Below are positions 59,480 to 64,000 of a DNA stretch of 64,000 bases, piece after piece. Within the stretch, counting starts at the first letter, position 1, and every line of letters begins with the position of its first letter. Position numbers and translations under genes: made by a program. This DNA is from Hormiphora californensis (taxonomy: Eukaryota > Animalia > Ctenophora), in NCBI GenBank assembly GCA_020137815.1, contig CM035355.1, positions 5,766,001 through 5,830,000 on the forward strand, given 5' to 3'. Under the pieces are notes generated by a model that saw only the letters and a program-made list of their open reading frames with translations, was not told the DNA's origin and did not search any database.

Positions 59480-61274
59480 TTACCTGTACAGAACCTGAAT
59501 TAGTTCGTGAACTGGATCTGGTCTAGTGAGTGACATGAAGGGATCCAATTAGCTGTGGCATGAAGGGATCCAATTAGTTGTGACAATGGGGAGGGAACCA
59601 ATTAGCTGCAATAATGGAGAGGGATCCACCTAATTAGCTGTGATAGGGGGATCCACCCAATTAGTTGTGATAATGGAGAGGGATCCACCCAATTAGCTAA
59701 TTGATAAAGGGGAGATGATCGCGCGGGGTAGAGGGTTAGCTCGTGCTTACAACGTGTGCTTTGTTTACCTCAGTATGCGCGCGCTTTACACAATAATTTG
59801 GAACACCCCCAAGAAATTGCCACTGGCTGAATACAACACACATTTCAGTACACAACTTCAACGCTAGGAGTGTTCAATGTACACTGGGAAGAAAATATAA
59901 TTGAAACACAAAAAATGAACTGTGGTTGAGTCCAGTTTGGAGGGTTGCTAGTTGAAGAATCCGTTGTCACGACCTGCAAGAGGGAAGGAAGGGTGTTACA
60001 AAGTGTGAGAGAGTTTGGCAGGTAAAATTGTCCGCTGGAGGAGGAGTCTTGTTGGAAGCCCGAACGGAAGATATGACGTCGATAGAGGCAAGAATGAAAT
60101 TTGGCAAGGAAATATGTGGCAAAGAGAATTGTAGTTTACAATTGTAACTTATCGATGGTTTTTGAGATGATCGGAAAAAACAAAATGAGGGTTTGACACA
60201 ATGCAGTGGTTCAACACTGTATTGTGCATTTCTCTCTCATTCAAGGGCGGCCAATATCGTCCGAATCCACCGTAATTCTCTCTTTCTCCCTCTTAATGGC
60301 GCGATTAATTTATCAACCGAATACACCGTACTACATTTTATTATGGTTTCCTGATTTCTGAATACTAAATAGAGCAACCTAACTGTCTGCAAATCAGTTA
60401 CCCCCAAATTTGGAAAGTTTTTGTTGCAAACTGCAACTGACAGTTTTGATCTACCCGCATAACTCTACCTCCCACTATAATCTCTCACCCCCTAGTTTGT
60501 TAACTTACTTTTAAATGGTTGCTCCTTGATCAGATACGACATAGCTAAACTGGGGGAGAAAAGGAGACGTGTTAGGAACATGTTAGTGGGGGATGTTAGT
60601 CAGATGTTTAGTAGAATTGGGAACACGTCATTTTGAGATCAATAACTTTGAAACAGTCTGAAAATCAAACTGTGGTAATAATAATGGATTAGAAAATCAA
60701 TAACACAAATACATTTTACAATTATTCTCCTCTCTTCTTCTCTTTCGTACGTCTCTCTTCAACTCTCTCTCGCATATCTTTCATTGTCTCTCTTGATCTC
60801 TTAGAGATCATCTCTATAACTGGCTATATCTCTGTAACTCATATATATTGCGTACTCTCATAATATTGGAACTTGTATTGTTAAAAAGCAACTGAATAGT
60901 CGAGCCTAATAATAATTTGAAACTGAAAAAAAACTGATAGCATATGGATGTGAAACAATAAAAATTTTGACCTTTAAAACTTGCACTCGTTTTAAAAATA
61001 TTGTCAACATTTCTCAGTATGGAGGTTTTTGTTGAGGAAGTTTCTAAATCTGTCTAACAGTTTTTGTAGTATCTGAGAAGAGCTTTTTGTTCAACTAAAG
61101 CAAGTCTCTGAATACACTGTTCTCACGATGTTTTGTAAACTTGGCGAACAGGAAATACAATTGGATTTTAAATCGTGTAAATACAGAGCTAACAAGAATA
61201 CAAAGCTCCGTTAGCCAACTGCCAGGGGCAACCATAATTGTACATCAGTAACTAGGGGCAACCATTGTACATCA

Positions 61275-62067
61275 TAGTAGAGTCGATAACTACATCGACC
61301 TCTCCCAATTGTTCCAGTTTTTGTCACATCTGTTTGGAGCCTCGACACGACCTCTAAACAGGTGTTACTTTTTCACAAACTGTTTTCATCTTTGTGTAAT
61401 CAGCAGTTGAAATGTTGTTGATCATAACAAAAACCGAACTATTTTTTTTCAACTTGGGGTAAAACCATGGGTGTCAAAAGTTAGCTCTAGGTCCCCTGAG
61501 TAACCATCCGGAGACTCTAAGAGATATTTCAAGCCGTTCTCCCGTAATCATTAATCCCGGTAGAGCACATATTTGAGTATGGACGTACGTGCAATTGCCT
61601 ACAACCTCAACTTTAATGTATAACGTTAATGTGCGTCTCTCTCTTTTCTCCCCCTTGAGAAAGAGTTATCTCGCGCGGCGCAACCGCACGTGCGGTTTTT
61701 CCAGAGAGAGTGAGAGACATACAATAACATGTAAACAGCCTGCCAGCGCTCACGTACGTCCGCATTGTATTTTTTTCTCCACCGGGATTAATGATTACGG
61801 GAGAACGGCTTGAAATATCTCTTAGAGTCTCCGGATGGTTACTCAGGGGACCTAGAGCTAACTTTTGACACCCATGGTTTTACCCCAAGTTGAAAAAAAA
61901 TAGTTCGGTTTTTGTTATGATCAACAACATTTCAACTGCTGATTACACAAAGATGAAAACAGTTTGTGAAAAAGTAACACCTGTTTAGAGGTCGTGTCGA
62001 GGCTCCAAACAGATGTGACAAAAACTGGAACAATTGGGAGAGGTCGATGTAGTTATCGACTCTACTA
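61275..62067. mobile_element. Fold-back non-autonomous DNA transposon with Academ-like termini
   Basis: Perfect TIRs of ~287 bp starting TAGTAGAGTCGATAAC; 3-bp TSD TCA; inserted into a 27-bp CCAGGGGCAACCATTGTACATCAGTTA minisatellite. Confidence 0.8.
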
Positions 62068-62335
62068 TCAGTTACCAGGGGCAACCATTGTACATCAGTT
62101 ACCAGGGGCAACCATTGTACATCAGTTACCAGGGGCAACCATTGTACATCAGTTACCAGGGGCAACCATTTGAAATGGTCCATTTCAAAGCAGTTTCCAG
62201 GGGCAACTATTGTCAATTGTATATACCATTTATCAACTTCCAGGGGTAACTATCGCATTGTAGTCGCCAGGGGCAACCAATATAGTCAACTGCCAGGGGC
62301 AACCATTATAAATCAGCTGACAACCTCTCCTATCA

Positions 62336-63730
62336 TCACGTAAACATTGGTTCCTCGAATTCCATCATCAACTCATCCTCCTCCTCCTCTCCAATCTGGC
62401 TATCCTGAGAGAGACAATACGTCTCATCAGCAGGATCATCATCATCTGGAAGATCCTCCCCAGTCATTAGCATCGCATACTCCTCCTCATCATCACCCGC
62501 CTCATTATCTCGGAATGTGAAGAGCGGCACATCAGCCCGGCTAATGACCACCTCATTATCAGATATGGGGTCACCGTCAATGTCATCAGGGTCACCGTCA
62601 ATTTCATCTGGTACTTGGGTGATGACGTCATCGACTGTAGCAGGGGTGAAGTTGACAAGGAGACCGTGGGAGTCGAGGATACCACGACGTTTGAGGTCGG
62701 TGTTGTTTGAGCTATACTTGGCTCGGGTGGCTAGACCAACCTAATAAAATAGGGCACGTCAGATAAGAGTCAGCCAATTTAAGGACAATAGTAATTATTT
62801 AATTGCAAATTTGCAAAATGTATTCTATGTGAATTGTGGCACCTGCTAGGCAGGAACCGACCGAGACAAGTAAACAACCAATCATAACTCGTTATTTAGG
62901 TCACGTGACTGGTTATCAGCCAATCAGGGACCAGTATCTCCTGATTCGGTCGGTTCTTGCTGCTAAGTTACCTGAGGGGTGTCCCACTGATGTAAAGACT
63001 GTTTCCAGGCCTTGATCTGACTAAACCACGATCTTTTAGAGTAGGGCTTATTTTTCTTTGGGGTCTCGGGATCCTGCTTTCTTCGTGCCGACTTTGGGAC
63101 TATCTGGAAATGGAAAGACGAATTAAAAATAGACTACGGAGCTTTAGACTATGGAGCTATTATATATAGACTATGGAGCTATGACTATGGAGCTATGGAG
63201 TATGGGGGACATTTAGGCGCGGGACGCGAGAGAACAACATGAATTATTACCTTTTTATAGTTCTGGTATCCAACAGTAACCTTTCCATACACAATATCTT
63301 TCTCCCTGCTAACTTTCTGTTTCTCAGTCAGCTCCTTATCCTGAACACTAGTCTCACTTGTCCTCCGCTCCCTTCCAAACAAGGCCTTACCAACTAGATC
63401 AGGGTTAGGCTGCCTGTTCTTCAGCAGCCTTGTATCAGACCGGGGAGTAGTTAGTTTCTTCTTTCTATCTGGGGTGTGGTCTGGTGTCCCCTGTTTGAAT
63501 CTTTTGTTGCTCTTCTTACCGGACATTGGAGAGGCTACCTCGCTGGGGTCTCGTTTGTTGTGTCGTGGGGTCCTTGAGCGGGATGGGAAACGGCCGGGTG
63601 ACTTTGAAGGAGCACCCTTCCGTTCAGGGGATGTGCTGTTGTTTCTGGGACCAACTCGATGTCGAAGGGATGCCCGTGGACCAAGACCACTGGATCGTTC
63701 AGGGGAAGGTAGCAAACGGGTTCTTCTCCT
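62336..63730 (-). CDS. SLBP: Histone mRNA stem-loop binding protein; 5' end uncertain
   Basis: Exons ~63730-63251, 63103-62972, 62740-62336. [19 protein letters not shown]|[43 protein letters not shown] matches the SLBP RNA-binding domain (RQKQI.YGKNT..Y..Y...VP...TP.K...SRRSWD.QIK.W...LH.WD); an acidic tail follows. Confidence 0.88.
62851..62959. mobile_element. 109-bp hAT-type MITE in an SLBP intron, opposite orientation to the 51841 copy
   Basis: TIR CAGGAACCGACCGA; 8-bp flanks CTGCTAGG and CTGCTAAG. Confidence 0.85.
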
Positions 63731-64000
63731 CTATATCATTTCCGTTTTCCAAGTCGGTGCCGGAGAAGTGCTCGGGGGCCTAAACCGCTACTGTGATGAT
63801 CCTTCTCTTCCCTTTTCTCGGCAGACGGAGGAGCCTCCTTGAGGGGCGAGAGGAATGTTTGGAATTTTCCAGTTGATGATAATGCAGTTGACTTTGTGTC
63901 GTTCTCTTTCTCTTCTTCTTTTGCGTGGTAGTCAGGTTGTGATCCTCCCTGTTGTTGTCGTAATAGTTCTTCTTGCTCTGCTTCCTCTTCTAGTGTTATT

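Overview
Intron-rich animal genomic DNA, not prokaryotic. The short introns, many MITEs and nested genes suggest a ctenophore such as Pleurobrachia or Hormiphora (inference only). The first 29 kb hold the 3' part of an adhesion GPCR (pentraxin, HormR, GAIN/GPS, 7TM) whose introns carry Helentron-like, hAT, Tc1/mariner-type and LINE insertions. One intron also holds a 7-kb head-to-head array of a 507-bp unit bracketed by a 12-bp direct repeat. Next is a minus-strand NHR+SOCS-box gene (NEURL2-like) whose intron 3 hosts three antisense genes: two ISG12/IFI27-like copies and a diverged third copy; a Helitron sits exactly in the former start codon of copy 2. Further right are an intronless PIM-like kinase with a late frameshift, a divergent profilin with an antisense tetraspanin in intron 1, ARL16, a multi-zinc-finger RED/Pro-rich protein and SLBP. 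Exon coordinates were read by hand from GT-AG signals and phase continuity, and no database search was run.
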